The notes under the pieces were generated by a model, which was given only the letters and a program-made list of their open reading frames with translations, was not told the origin of the DNA and ran no database searches. From the NCBI GenBank assembly GCA_965219095.1, contig CBDCMT010000001.1:1728001-1792000 (forward strand): DNA of 64,000 nucleotides, read 5' to 3'. Of this stretch, positions 20,080-31,836 are shown in pieces. The DNA comes from Bdellovibrionales bacterium (lineage in GTDB: Bacteria > Bdellovibrionota > Bdellovibrionia > Bdellovibrionales > UBA1609). Numbering within the stretch: position 1 is the first letter of the stretch; every line of letters begins with the position of its first letter. The translations under genes were made by a program, and so were the position numbers.

Positions 20080-21672
20080 GGTAAATCAAAAAGACAGGTC
20101 ACTGGTTTAAGCCATGATAGTGACCCTAAAGTACTTGCAGAAGGAGGTGAGCTTTTCGAGACAAATTCTAAACCCTTTAGCTGGCCTGGTTTTTAAGGCC
20201 TCAAAGGGAAAAGCAAAAAAAAGATGTAAAATAGGATTTCAAGACTTTATTTATAAACAAACCAACAAAGGAGGAAAATAAAATGTATGATCACTATATA
20301 GCCGTAGATTGGGCACAAAGTAACATGGCCATTTCAAGGATGACAGGCAAATCAAAAGATATTAAGACTATGGACACGATTTCAGATCTTGGGAATCTTC
20401 GTGCCTATTTAAAAACTCTGAAAGGTAAGAAGATATTGACTATCGAAGAGACTACAACTTCGATAGTGGTTGTATTCAGAATTAAAGGATAGTGTTGATG
20501 AGTTCATAGTCTGTGATCCTCTTCGGAACAAACTTTTAAGTGAAGGGGCTAAAACTGATAAAATTGATGCTGAAAAACTTGTTTTATTGTTACGCTCTGG
20601 CCTTTTGAAACCAGTTTTTCACTCAGGTGATGAATTCATTTACCTTCGTAAGATTGTCAGTGGGTATGAAGATGTGGTTAAAAGAGGAGTTCGTGTTAAA
20701 AACCAAAGATCAGCTCTGTTTCGAGCTTCCCATCTTGATGCTAAGAAGCAGACTCAATTAAAACGGGCAGAAGAGATATATTTGTTCTAGAAGGCTTAGA
20801 TAAAGCTATCAGTTCTTATGGGGAGGAGAAAGCACGTTATGAAGCAGAGTTTAAGAGGCTAAGTAAAAAACACAAAGATATTAGCAATCTTAGTAGCATT
20901 CCAGGAATTGGTTCTATCAAGGCTATCAAGATTGTAGCCAGGGTTGTAGTGCCTCACCGATTTAAACGTAATTCCTGGTGGAGTGGACTGCGGACTTGTA
21001 AAGCTACATAAAATGAGTAGTGGAAGGTCTTATGGAACTAAGAAGTCTAGGTTTTGCCCACAAATGAAAAGTGTTTTTAAGATAGCTGCACTCTCAGTTA
21101 TAGGAAATAACAATGAATTTAATGATTTTTATGAAGAATTGATCAAAAAAAATTTACCACCACACACTGCTAGAAATGCTACCAACTAGAAGAATTGCAG
21201 CTTTAACTTTAGGTGTTTTCAAGTCTGGGAAAAAATATAAACCTTATGGAGAACGTAAAAATGTAAATAATAATAAAACAACCTTATAAAATCATCTGTT
21301 TAAAGTTTCTTGCATAGTAAGTAACAATACAAATAATGACTTTATGAGGTGAGGATAGATAGCTTAATAAAAATGATATTTATAAAAAATTCATTTCGAC
21401 GAATAGCACATCCTCTATTCCTGAAATTTACTATAATCTAAGGTTTTAAATCTTTGGAATTCATGATTTAAAACTAAAAAAGGTTCAGATAGACGCATAA
21501 TAGGAATATGTTTGTTTTACAATGTGTAAAGGAAGAGTCATTAAAAAATGGAAAGGAAATGCAGGAAGTTTTTTCTTAGGTGATTAGAATATTCGTGACC
21601 GTATGCAAAAAAAATTTTTTATATTTTTTGTAAATGGAGAAGTGTTTTTTCTTGACATACTTTTTGATAGAC
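20080..21672 (+). mobile_element. IS110-family (IS1111-type) element; transposase pseudogene 20283-21289 with several frameshifts
   Basis: IAVD, E and KTDKIDA (DEDD); IPGIG and CGLV..SSG motifs; sub-terminal IRs ATCAAAAAG (20085-93) / CTTTTTGAT (21660-68); about 380-bp right non-coding end. Confidence 0.85.
21305..21570 (+). ncRNA. Putative bridge/seek RNA of the IS1111-type element
   Basis: Two stem-enclosed loops (21351-21415, 21416-21508) inside outer stems; loop segments match target and donor junctions. Confidence 0.65.
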
Positions 21673-21758
21673 ACTCTAAAAATTTAACAGAGTTTGATTA
21701 AAAAGCCAGGACGCTATGCGTTAAAAGAATGTCGAATTAATTTTTGGAAATGGTATAA

Positions 21759-21863
21759 CAAGGTAAGAATGCATTCCTCCTTGGAATACATGAGTCCAGA
21801 AGAATTTAAACAAAGGAGGGCTTTAAGAGTATAAAAACTGTCCACTTTTTTGGGGGAAGCTCA
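21759..21863 (+). mobile_element. IS3-family 3' end remnant
   Basis: RMHSSLEYMSPEEF; terminus ACTGTCCACTTTTTTGGGGGAAGCTCA. Confidence 0.75.
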
Positions 21864-21974
21864 CTTTATTTTCCACTTTTATGCACATTCGAAAAACTCC
21901 TCCCAGTTCTTCTAAAGCAATACCTCTTCTTGTAGAACAGTTAAGAGTAGCCTAAAAAAGTAGGCTATAGTTTG

Positions 21975-22007
21975 AAAAAGGCTGAGAACACAAATCCCAG
22001 CCTTTTT
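21975..22007 (-). terminator. Intrinsic terminator, possibly bidirectional
   Basis: AAAAAGGCTG..CAGCCTTTTT, 45 nt past the stop of 22052-22885. Confidence 0.65.
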
Positions 22008-22051
22008 AAGTTAACAGACAGAAGTTAAAAGATTATTATTTAATCTTCTTT

Positions 22052-22885
22052 TTAATGATCCCAAGATTTAATGCCATAAACATAAAAGGATTTATAATCT
22101 TTATCTATAAACCGAATCATATAAGTACCCCTAAAAACAGAAATAAAAGTCTCTTCTTTTTTATGGTCAGAGTCATGATCAACGAATTCGTGATAATAGG
22201 CATAGCCCCAGTTAACATCTGGTTTGTTGTGGTGGTTCATACCCAATTCTAATTGGTTCCAACCATTATCAGAAAATCTTAAAATTTTAGCATATTCATC
22301 AAGATTTTTTGATGTGAAATATTTACACTCAGTTTTTACATTATGATGATGTCCATATGAACCACAAAACGTATCAAACCATTTATTGTAAGGTTTAGTA
22401 TATACTTGTCTTACCTTCAAATCCTGCATTTCCTTATTAGTGAGATCCCATGCAAGATGGTAATTTTGCCCTTCAGGATTAATTTTAATTTTGTCGAGAT
22501 TGACACTGACTAGAGTTTTTTCTTCCACCTCAATAAATTGTCTTGTTTCACTATAAACTAATAAATAAACTCCTGCTTCAAGAGAAATCCCTTCGTTTAA
22601 TTTTTGTTTTGTTAAGTTATGGCAACTATATCTTTCAGGAAGTTCAAGATTTCCTCCACAGGCGAAGATCTCATAGTCAGAAGATTGACCGTCTCCTGGA
22701 GTTCCATTGACCTTTAATGTCCCTTTACTTTTAGGGGGAGATATACTGCTAATAATGAAGTTTCCATCATGCATTTCCCATGGAGTTTGTAAAAGTAAGC
22801 TCTGGCTTCCTTCTCCTACGACGTCCCCATAAGAAAGTCCTCCTAAAGACATCAAAAATAAAAATGTTAGTATTAATTTTTTCAT
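22052..22885 (-). CDS. Hypothetical secreted protein
   Basis: Signal peptide MKKLILTFLFLMSLGGLSYG; SD AGGAGG; own terminator. Confidence 0.75.
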   Translation of the reverse strand: MKKLILTFLFLMSLGGLSYGDVVGEGSQSLLLQTPWEMHDGNFIISSISPPKSKGTLKVNGTPGDGQSSDYEIFACGGNLELPERYSCHNLTKQKLNEGISLEAGVYLLVYSETRQFIEVEEKTLVSVNLDKIKINPEGQNYHLAWDLTNKEMQDLKVRQVYTKPYNKWFDTFCGSYGHHHNVKTECKYFTSKNLDEYAKILRFSDNGWNQLELGMNHHNKPDVNWGYAYYHEFVDHDSDHKKEETFISVFRGTYMIRFIDKDYKSFYVYGIKSWDH

Positions 22886-23198
22886 AACGTAAAATCCCTC
22901 CTTTTCTAAGTTTTTTGTTATGTTGGTTTCTTAAGTCTTATTTTTTAAACTCAAAGGAAAAGACTCTTATCCTTTATGAAAAAGAATAACTTCGTATGAA
23001 AAAAAAAAGAAGAGTTAACTTTCTGCATCATGATTCTGCTTATAAAATTAGAATCTGTTTGCTAAATTAAAAAACCTAGTAAAAACAAAAGCTTTTTGTT
23101 TTTAAAAGTATTTTTCTCTGAAAAGAACCTTTTAAGTGGACCTTATTTATGAATTAAGCTCTACTTAACTTTCATTTTAAGAATGATGTGATTTCAAG

Positions 23199-24095
23199 GT
23201 AAGTTGGTTTTTTAACAGCCCTTGACTCCTATAAGGAGGATATTTCTTAGATTTTAAAGGAGAAGTTTTTATTGATCTTGTTGTAAAAAAAGCCTGTAAA
23301 ACATTTCCCTAAGTCCTTCCCCGTTACAAAAGTATTAGAGAAGTTCTTAAAAGAATAATTCCTAGTTTTTTTTCGTAATTTTGATTTTTTTTGTGCTTTA
23401 TTCTTTAAGAACGAAGCTCACTTGTATACTCAAAAGGCGTTTTAATAGGTATCTTATCGAGGGAGTTTCCCACAACCATTAAAATATAGTCCTTAGGATC
23501 TAATTCCACCTTCTTACAACTTTCCACAATACTATAAAGTACTGATGCTGTTTCAGCTCCTCTCTGAGTCCTTGACCCATGAAAGTTCTTTCTTCCCATC
23601 ACAGAATGTCGAATCGTTCTTTCTGCTTTATTGTTTGTCATAGGAATTTTCTCATTTTCTAAGAATAAATTTAAGCCATCCCAGTGATTAAAGCTATAAT
23701 CAATAGCCTTTTTTAACCCACTCTCAGGACGAGCTTCTCCATAAAGTTTATAATACAGATCTTGCAGAGAAAGAACTAAATCCTTTGATTCTGTTTGTCT
23801 TAAATTTTTGAGTTCTTCATAAGTTTTTGCCTTTGATTCAACTTTAAAAATCTCCTCCATAAGCTTTAATACTTTTCCACACTCCTCAGGGTAATTCTGT
23901 TCTATGTCAATAAACTTTCTTCTCGCATGAGACCAACAAAAAGCAAGATCAATTCCCTTTTCACCCTCAAAGTGTGTTTTATAACTAGCGTAGCCATCTG
24001 TTAAAATAGGCCCCTTATAAGACCTCAAGAGTTCTTTAACAGAACAAGCTGAACGGCTCTCACTAAAGTAATAAAAACTTCCTCCCTGATGACTT
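23199..24095 (-). mobile_element. IS66-family fragment (TnpC C-terminus plus GTAAG terminus)
   Basis: TDGYASY, CWSHARRKF and NNKAERTIR; same end sequence recurs at 48418. Confidence 0.85.
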
Positions 24096-24099
24096 ATAA

Positions 24100-24779
24100 A
24101 CCTGAGTTTCGACTTTTATATGTTTTTCAGAAGCCCCTGTTCTTGAGTTTTAAGTTGAATGGAGGGTTTTTTAGGTTTTAAGCAAGTAAGAGATGAGAGT
24201 ACCTAAAAGATTGATGACAAAGTTTTGTGGGCTACGATGGCGAGAATGCTCAAGATGAAACTCTCCTTTTAACACTCCAATCACTGACCTCCACAACAGA
24301 ACATTTTTTCAACATCAACTTGTCAAATAAGGGAATCAATTTATTCTCCATATTTAATTTGACGTTTGTAATAAGCTTAACTCCCTTCTTTAAAAGCTTT
24401 TTGATTAGGAAAATAAGGTTTAAGATAGACTTTTGCAAACTGGTAAAAGGCTTTAAAATTCCTAAAGCCAGAACTTTGGAAAAGTAAGATAAAGAGTGAC
24501 AATTTCTCTGGGAGATAAGCAGAAGAAAAACCTCCTTTATTTTTGGCAAACCAGTTCTGGATTGTTGTACGAGAGGGGTTAAAAAATCATCGACAAGAAC
24601 ATAAATTGATATGATATAATTAGAATTAGAATTAAACATCTTAGACCTCCTTGTATGTTTTTTTATAACTCTCAAGTTGTTTTTCCTTGTAAGTTGCTTC
24701 TTCAAGACATCTTACAAAGAACTGAGATGTTTGTTTATATCAGCTAGCCTTTAGACCTGAAAAAAGTCGAAACTTGGGT
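24100..24779 (-). mobile_element. IS982-family element, internally deleted
   Basis: TIRs ACCTGAGTTTCGACTTT / AAAGTCGAAACTTGGGT; YVLVDDF N-terminus and HLEHSRHRSP..PKKPS C-terminus. Confidence 0.8.
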
Positions 24780-24780
24780 T

Positions 24781-27700
24781 AATAAACATTGGAAGTTTGA
24801 CAAAACAAAAAAGGGATTTGTTCTAGAAGAAGGGCGAAGGCCTGCAAGCTATATTGTGGCAAGCTCAGATACTCGATCTTATGATGACTATGGAAAGATT
24901 GTAGAAATTCCCCTAGTTAATAAAATAAGAAAGAGAATTAATACCAATTACAGAAATTAATTCGACATTTTCATGTTCAAATTTAAAATTTTAAAATTGA
25001 CTTAAGGAAAAGTTTCAGTTAGGAGGTTTTAAAAAAACTTCTTTTAAGGTGAGTTTAAGTTTTCATAAGATAAGTTTATTTCAGGTATATCTATTTGTTG
25101 TGTAAATCGATTGATGGGTTAAAATAAGTGTAAAAAAGTGAGGTTAAAATTTAAAATGACAAAAATCAGTTACACAATTTAATTTATAGGTTCAAATTAA
25201 TTTACAAGCTTGATTCATCTTGTTGTTTTGTCCAAGATCGAGTGCATAATTTTTTAATCCTGCCCTCCTGATCGCAAAAAGTATTCCAGGCCTCACAACA
25301 AGTATTCAGTATATGGTCATAGTTTTTAAAACATGCATTCGATAATTTGATCCTTCGTAATTGTTGCCAGACTTGTTCCATGGGATTTAATTCTGGACTA
25401 TAAGGAGGTAAAGGCATCAGGGATAAATTCTTAGGAACTATCAAAGTCTCTGTGGTATGCCAACTGGCTCTGTCCATTAAAACAATTCCATGATAGTTTT
25501 CTTGAATATTTTTAGATATCTCATCTAAGTGAATTTGCATCATCCCTGAATTACATTCCGGTAAAACCCAAGCACAGCCTTTATCTTTATCCGGACAAAC
25601 TGCTCCAAAAATATAAGTGGATAAAAATTGTCTTTGCCTCACAACTCTAGGCCGTGTGCCTTTTCTTGCCCAAATCCTACTCAAAGAACCTTGCTGGCTT
25701 ATTCTGCATTCATCCTGCCACCAAATCTCTATTTTATTAGTCTGAATCTTTTCCTTTATTTTCTCCACCTCTTCTGGAAAATGTTCCTTAAACTGTTCCA
25801 TAGCTTCTTAATGAACTTTTAGGATGAAGAGAACGACCACTGATCCATACAATATTAAGGCGGTCTAAAGAAACATAAACCCCAGAAAGAGAATAGCAAC
25901 AGTCAAATTCATCTGCTAAAAGTTTCTGTATTTCCTTTGCTCCTATGCTTCCTCCCTCTCTTTTGTCTTGAATTTCATCTAACTTGATTTTGAAGTTCTC
26001 TTCTTCTGTCACTGGCAAACGAGGCTTGCGTCCTCTGCCTTCTCGATCTATCAATCCCTCGTAATCAAAGTCTACAAAATACTGTAACCAAGATTTGATA
26101 CTGTGACGGTGATACAAAACCATACCTGCTGTTTCTTGAATCGATTTTCCTTCTTGCATATGCTGCAAAGCTTGGAGTTTTATCTTGATGTTGGCACTTC
26201 TTTCTACTTTGTAAGTAGCTAGAAAATTATACCCTTGAATCTGTGTAACTAAATCTTTTTTCGACATGACTCTAAAAATTTAACAGAGTTTTATCAAAAA
26301 GCCAGGACGCAATACGTTAAAAAAATGTCGAATTAATTTTTGGAAATGGTATAAGGACTGGGAAAATAACAATTATTCAGGAGTTACGGGAGTTACAAAA
26401 AGATTGCTAGATTTTTGGCATCAAGCCCCTGAAGATTGTGGAAGGCAGTTTTCTTTTTTCTTTTGTCAGCTAGAAGCCATTAAAACACTAATCTTTTTAG
26501 TAGAGGCACCTGAGCATTTAAAAACAGGATTAAAAATTCCAAAAGATGAGTCTTTAAATAGGCTTTGCTCTAAAATGGCCACAGGAACGGGAAAAACAGT
26601 TGTTATGGCTATGACCATCGCTTGGCAAATTCTAAATAAAGTGAATTATCCAAGGGATACTCGCTTTTCAAAGAATATTTTTGTTGTAGCTCCTGGCTCA
26701 ACGGTCTTAGATAGGTTAAAAGCGTTAGAGTTAGGGGGTGAAGAAAACTATTACCGTGAATTTAAAATTATTCCAAATGAGTTTATGGAGAAGATGACTC
26801 AAGGAAAAGTTTTAATTAAAAAGCGTCATCAACTTCAGTGGGAGACAGAAGAAAAACTATCTAAAAGAAAGTCAGTAGATAAAAGAGGGGCAAAGAGTGA
26901 TACAGCTTATGTAAGAGAAGTATTAGAAAATTTAGCTAACCAAAATATTGTCGTTATAAATGACGAAGCTCATCATGCTTGGAGAAGACGATCAGAGCTT
27001 AAAATAAAGAAAACCGATGAAATGACAAAGCAAGAAGCAGAACAAGCTACTAAATGGATTGAGGGGCTTGATCGTATCAATAAAACTCTAGGCATTATTA
27101 ATGTCTTTGATTTTTCTGCAACCCCTTATGCTCCAGCAGGTAAAAAAGCTGATGAGAAAGATTTATTTGAATGGATAGTGAGTGACTTTGGACTAACAGA
27201 TGCCATTGAAGCTGGTTTAGTTAAAACCCCTCGATTTGCTATTGGAGATGATGCTAGTATTGATGTAAAAAACAAAAAAACTAGGCTTTATCATATTTAC
27301 GATAGTGATGAAGTTCGCCCTGATTTAAACAGAAAGACAAAGGAAAATGAATCCTTACCCGATATTGTAAAAATTGCTTATACACACCTCTCTCATGACT
27401 GGGATAAAAAATTTAATCAATGGAAGAACAGTTGTAAAAATGATAGTGAGTTTAGACCGCCTGTTATGATTTCTATCGTAAATAGAAAAGAAACTGCTGA
27501 TAGAATTGAGTTTAGCTTTAAAGAGGAAAATATTCCTTTAGCTAATCAGTTTAACAACCCAAATAAAATGATTAAGATTTACTCTGACTTAGAAGAACGT
27601 AAAGATAAAGCGACAGGCTCAAATAAAGCCTATCAAGAAGAAGTATTTGAAAAGCTCCATACTGTTGGAAAACTTAAAGGTATCGGACAGGATATTCATC

Positions 27701-28908
27701 ATATCATTGCAGTGGCTATGCTTTCAGAGGGTTGGGATTGCAAAACAGTAACTCATATTATGGGTCTTAGGGCTTTTAGCAGTCAGCTTTTATGTGAACA
27801 GACCGTAGGCCGAGGTTTAAGAAGAACTTCTTATGAATTGAACGATAAAAAAATATTTGATCCTGAATATGTTAGTGTTTTAGGAATACCTTTTTCATAT
27901 TTGCCTCAAGAGGGAGATGATAAAGATCTAAAACCAGAAAACCCAAAAAGTGCTATTTTTCCAGAGCCTAAGAAAGTGGAGTATGAAATCTCTTGGCCGA
28001 ACGTTAAAAAAATTGAAAAAGAGTTAAAACCAGAGCTTAAGATCGATTTTAAGAAAATGGGAATATTTAGAGTAGATGTTTCAAATATTCCTCGCATCAA
28101 TGAAATAGCTCCTGTTATTGACAATAAACCTCGGTATGAAGATATTTCTGTTACAAGCTTACAAGAGTTTTTTGAAAAAAATTACGAGCCAGATCGTATG
28201 CAGACTCTGATATTAAAAATGACGGGAGAAGTATACGAAAAATTAAATTTAGATTGGCAAAGGAAAGTTTTAAAGAAGGAGGCTATAAAGCAAATTTTTC
28301 ACTTATTTGAACAGTTTATAGAATCTCATAAGTTTAAAATAACTCCTGAATATGAAAAGGAGAGAAAAGATTTAATGGTTATGATCAAAATGAATGAGAT
28401 TGTAAATAAAATTTTCCACTCCATTCAAAAAGACTCTGTCGAAAAGCTCACAGTTATTTATGGTCAACCTAAATTTTCTTCAACTAAAGACTGCTCAGAG
28501 TGGTGGACAAAAAAAGATACGGATATTTTCAAAAAAACTCATATGAATTTATGCGTCGTTGACAGTGGATGGGAACGAGCTCATGCTAGAGAGCTTGATA
28601 AAAATGAAAATGTTGAAGCTTGGGTTAAAAATGATCACTTGGGATTTGAGGTTGATTATATTGATGAAAAAGGAAAGCAAAGAGTTTATATTCCAGATTT
28701 TATCATTAGGCTTGTTAATGGAGTTCATATTGTTCTTGAAGTAAAAGGAATAAAGAAAAAGCGTGATATTCAAAAGTGGGATTTTATGGAAGATTGGTGT
28801 AATGCTATCACTCAAGACTTAGGGGCAAATTGGTGCTTTAGAAAGTCTCAAGATTCTACAGGAGGCATTGTTCATAAGATCATTGGTGAGATTCTGTCTG
28901 ATTCTTAA
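24781..28908 (+). pseudogene. Type III restriction enzyme Res subunit, 5'-truncated and interrupted by IS630
   Basis: Removing the IS and one TAA restores PLVNKIRKRIKDWENNNY; MATGTGKT, DEAHH, EQTVGRGLRR and PDF..EVKG motifs. Confidence 0.88.
24942..26351 (-). mobile_element. IS630-family IS, copy A (orfA 25788-26267, orfB 25202-25801)
   Basis: WWQDE, MDRASWH and LPPYSPELNPME motifs; TIR TACCAWTWCCA/ACA..ATTAATTCGACA; TAA duplicated. Confidence 0.93.
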
Positions 28909-29188
28909 TCTGTACTATTGACCTACAACTTCCATGTGCTATGACTCTTCCTAAAAAATTAATTATGGATTTTGCAGGGCTTTGTTGTACGCTGAGCCTC
29001 TGAGCTTAACTAAGGTCTAGTGTTCATTGATAAACAGAGATGCTTTCCTGTAATCTAAGACCGTTAGAAATACAAAACAAGGATGGTTTGGAGGTTTTAT
29101 GGGAAAAAGTAGTTTTGTTTTTACCTATGATTTGGATGTTAAAAATTGATTTTGAACTTAAAAGATGAAAATCTTAGAGATAACTTTT

Positions 29189-29218
29189 GGTCCAAGATGT
29201 CTTAAGTTGACTTGAACC
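29189..29218. promoter_or_regulatory. Palindromic operator-like motif; copies at 33560-33584 and 38734-38758
   Basis: GGTCCAAGATGTCTTAAGTTGACTTGAACC; contains a TTGACT -35-like box. Confidence 0.5.
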
Positions 29219-29640
29219 TAATGTTTTATTTGAGCTTTCTATGATAGGGGGCTGGCAGAGATTAAAGTTATATCAAATATGAGCAAAGTTAAAGAAACCA
29301 TATTTAAAAAAATCAAAGGAGATAAGTGAAAATGTGCATAAAAGGGAAAGAGTTTAAAAAGATTCTTTATAACTCAAACAATGGAACAAAAACAGAAAAA
29401 TTAACAACTTTCTTAAATGAATTGAAAGGTCCTATAACAATTCCTATAAATTGATTTGTAAACTTTTGTAAGTTTGCAGAATCACTAAAAAACAAAAAGA
29501 AAATAATAAATTAACTTACCCATCTATTCCCGAATGTTAAGACTTTTCCCCTACATTGAACCTAGTTGATCACGAAAAAATTCCGTACAAGAACGCATAT
29601 GAGAATCACGATAGTTTTGATTAAAAACAAACTTTAATTT

Positions 29641-30941
29641 CTTTTGTACTTACTTTTGAAAGTCAGGATTTAATTGTTGTATTATCTCTAGCGACATCCT
29701 TTCTGGTACTTTTTTATCTGGTACTTTCTTATTTTCCTGTTATAGTACAGTAAATTAGCAAGGGATGTCGCAGTGAGGCCATTTGAAAGAAATTCTCTTA
29801 AAATCACTTGAAAAGAAAGTTTTTTTATATTATTATAACCGTATGCTTTTAAAAAAAACCCAATCATTCAATTCCTAAAGCTGTATGGGCTTCGATTCAA
29901 GCTGTTGCTAAAGAAACTCAAGAACTGGCAAAGTCTCAAAAAGAGAATGCCAAAGCTCAAAAAGAGACTGACCGCCAACTCAAAGAATCTCAACAAGAAA
30001 TCGCTAAAGCCCACAAAGAAACAGAGCGTTTGTTAAAAGAGTCAAAACTTGAGACCGATCTTCAGTTTAGAAAGTCTGATAAACGTATAGCAAAGTTAGA
30101 CGAACTTTTCACAGGTCAATGGGGAAAGCTTATGGAGGCTCTGGCAAAAGGTGATTTAGTTAAACTTCTTCAAGAAAGAAACATTGAAGTACAGAGAATT
30201 CTTCCAGAGTCTTTTGGGACATGGAATGGGAAACCTTTTGAATTCGACATTATTGCATTTAATGGCAGTGAAGTGGTTGTGACAGAAGTCAAAACCACCT
30301 TACGTATAAGAGACTTAACTCATTTTTTAAAAAAGCTAGCAGATTTTAAAAAAATGTTTCCTGAATATAAAGACAAAAAAATCTACGGTGCTGTAGCTTA
30401 TCTTAAATCCAATCAAAGTTCAGCTAGAAAGGCTGAGAAAGAAGGTCTTTTTGTGATTCGAGTTGTAGGGAACAGTGCTAGTATTATAAATCCCAAAGGC
30501 TTTAAACCAAAAAACTTTAAGTAAAAACTCTATCTTCTTCTATGTTTTAAGTTGTTACTTCCTATCTTCTTAGCTACTTTTATTTTCTTTCTTAGGCTAA
30601 AGTTATCACATTAAATCAATTGATTCTCACCCTCTAGCTTACCTTGTACTAAAGCCTCCATAAGCTTTCTGACCGATCGTAAAAAGGAGAAGCTCCAATT
30701 TGAGAAGTTAAATGGAGCTTTTTTAAAAGATGTGAGCTGTGTTCACAATAAAGGAAAAAGTGTGTCTAGAATTAGACAAAACAAAAGAGATGCCAAAGCT
30801 TAAAAGCACTTAAGATCATTTCATTTTTTCTTATTCAGAAAAAATATTAAGAAAGTGTCTGACCCCTTAAAAGCTTATTTTTCACTCTATCTTAAGATTT
30901 TCTTATTGGGGAGGACTATTTTCCACTTTTAACTACTTATA
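29641..30941 (+). repeat. Near-identical duplicate of 10337-11794
   Basis: Direct comparison; copy 1 carries an extra ~160 bp starting with an IS630-type TIR at 11210. Confidence 0.9.
29843..30524 (+). CDS. PD-(D/E)XK nuclease-like protein, copy 2; ATG also out of frame at the A-run
   Basis: Near-identical to 10529-11228. Confidence 0.7.
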
Positions 30942-31322
30942 GTTTCTTTCATTCTAAGAAAGAAGGAAAACAAATCAAATAAAGTTTGATGACAAAAGGA
31001 AATTTGTATCAAAAAGACGAGAAAAAAGGTGCAAAATGAAAAAACAAGAATCCCATTTGAGGGTTCCTAGAAAGACCTTTTTTTAAATTAAAAGAGCTTT
31101 TAGTAAAATCCCATAAAATCCCTTATAGTAGAAAAATCAAAGCCAAAGATATTTTCAAAAAAGCCCCTTCTCTTATAACAGAAGATCCCCTATTTGAGCT
31201 TAAGAGATGAAACACTTTCTAATCAGGATCGTATCGAGATGAGGTTTAAGGAGTAGCAAAAAGAAAATCCAAAAGCAGCTTTAAAAGATGAGTTTTTAGG
31301 TCAGCTTCTTAAAAAAATCTAG

Positions 31323-31512
31323 GGCGTGTCCTCATTTACCTAGACCTTTTTCAAGACCTTAGGCGTGTTGAATATTTAGCCTCCTCAAAAGAACCTCCGG
31401 GAACCCACAGATTCTTTTGAGGAGGCGAAATTTCAAAGCTATGCTATCTATAGCATGTATGTTTATTTGGCTTAAACTTCAAAGTAAAGGTCCAGTCAAA
31501 TGAGGACACGCC
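31323..31512 (+). mobile_element. IS5-family shell with CTAG flanks and an internal ISL3 end-fusion (31379-31426)
   Basis: TIRs GGCGTGTCCTCATTT / AAATGAGGACACGCC; 3' part identical to ~46395-46480. Confidence 0.8.
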
Positions 31513-31572
31513 CTAGTCTCAGTTACTTTCAAGTAAAAAAAAAAGTGTGATTCAAATGGCCCTCTATGAGAC

Positions 31573-31836
31573 TTGACAGAACGAAAGATTTCCAAAAAAT
31601 TAAACATTTCCAGTTCAGAAGCTAAAAAACAAAAAAACCAAGCAATTCAATCACTTAGAAGGAATTTAACCCCCATGGGGGTTAGCACCTCCCCTATAGT
31701 GAGGGGGGAATTTTCCATGTCCGGTCAAGATCAGCTCTATTTGTTCGAAGAAATAGGAAAAAAGAATACCCATGCAAACCCCTTGAAGTTAAAAAAACCG
31801 CTTCATAAAAGAAAAGGAGGCCATATTCATGTATAG
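31573..31836 (+). pseudogene. Sigma-70 region-4-like HTH fragment
   Basis: TERKISKKLNIS..KNQAIQSLRR pattern; no upstream domain. Confidence 0.35.

Larger units (their letters stand above)
20054..21755 (-). mobile_element. IS630 shell (both TIRs, no transposase) carrying an IS110/IS1111 element
   Basis: TACCAATTACAAAAATTAAT at 20054; 21673-21755 resembles the IS630 left end at 26269-26351; TAA on both flanks. Confidence 0.75.

Noticed and set aside
24250..24705. 151-aa hypothetical protein
   Set aside because: Scrambled read-through of an internally deleted IS982
29050..29112. Possible IS481-like left end (TGTAATCTAAGACC..)
   Set aside because: No matching right end or transposase visible
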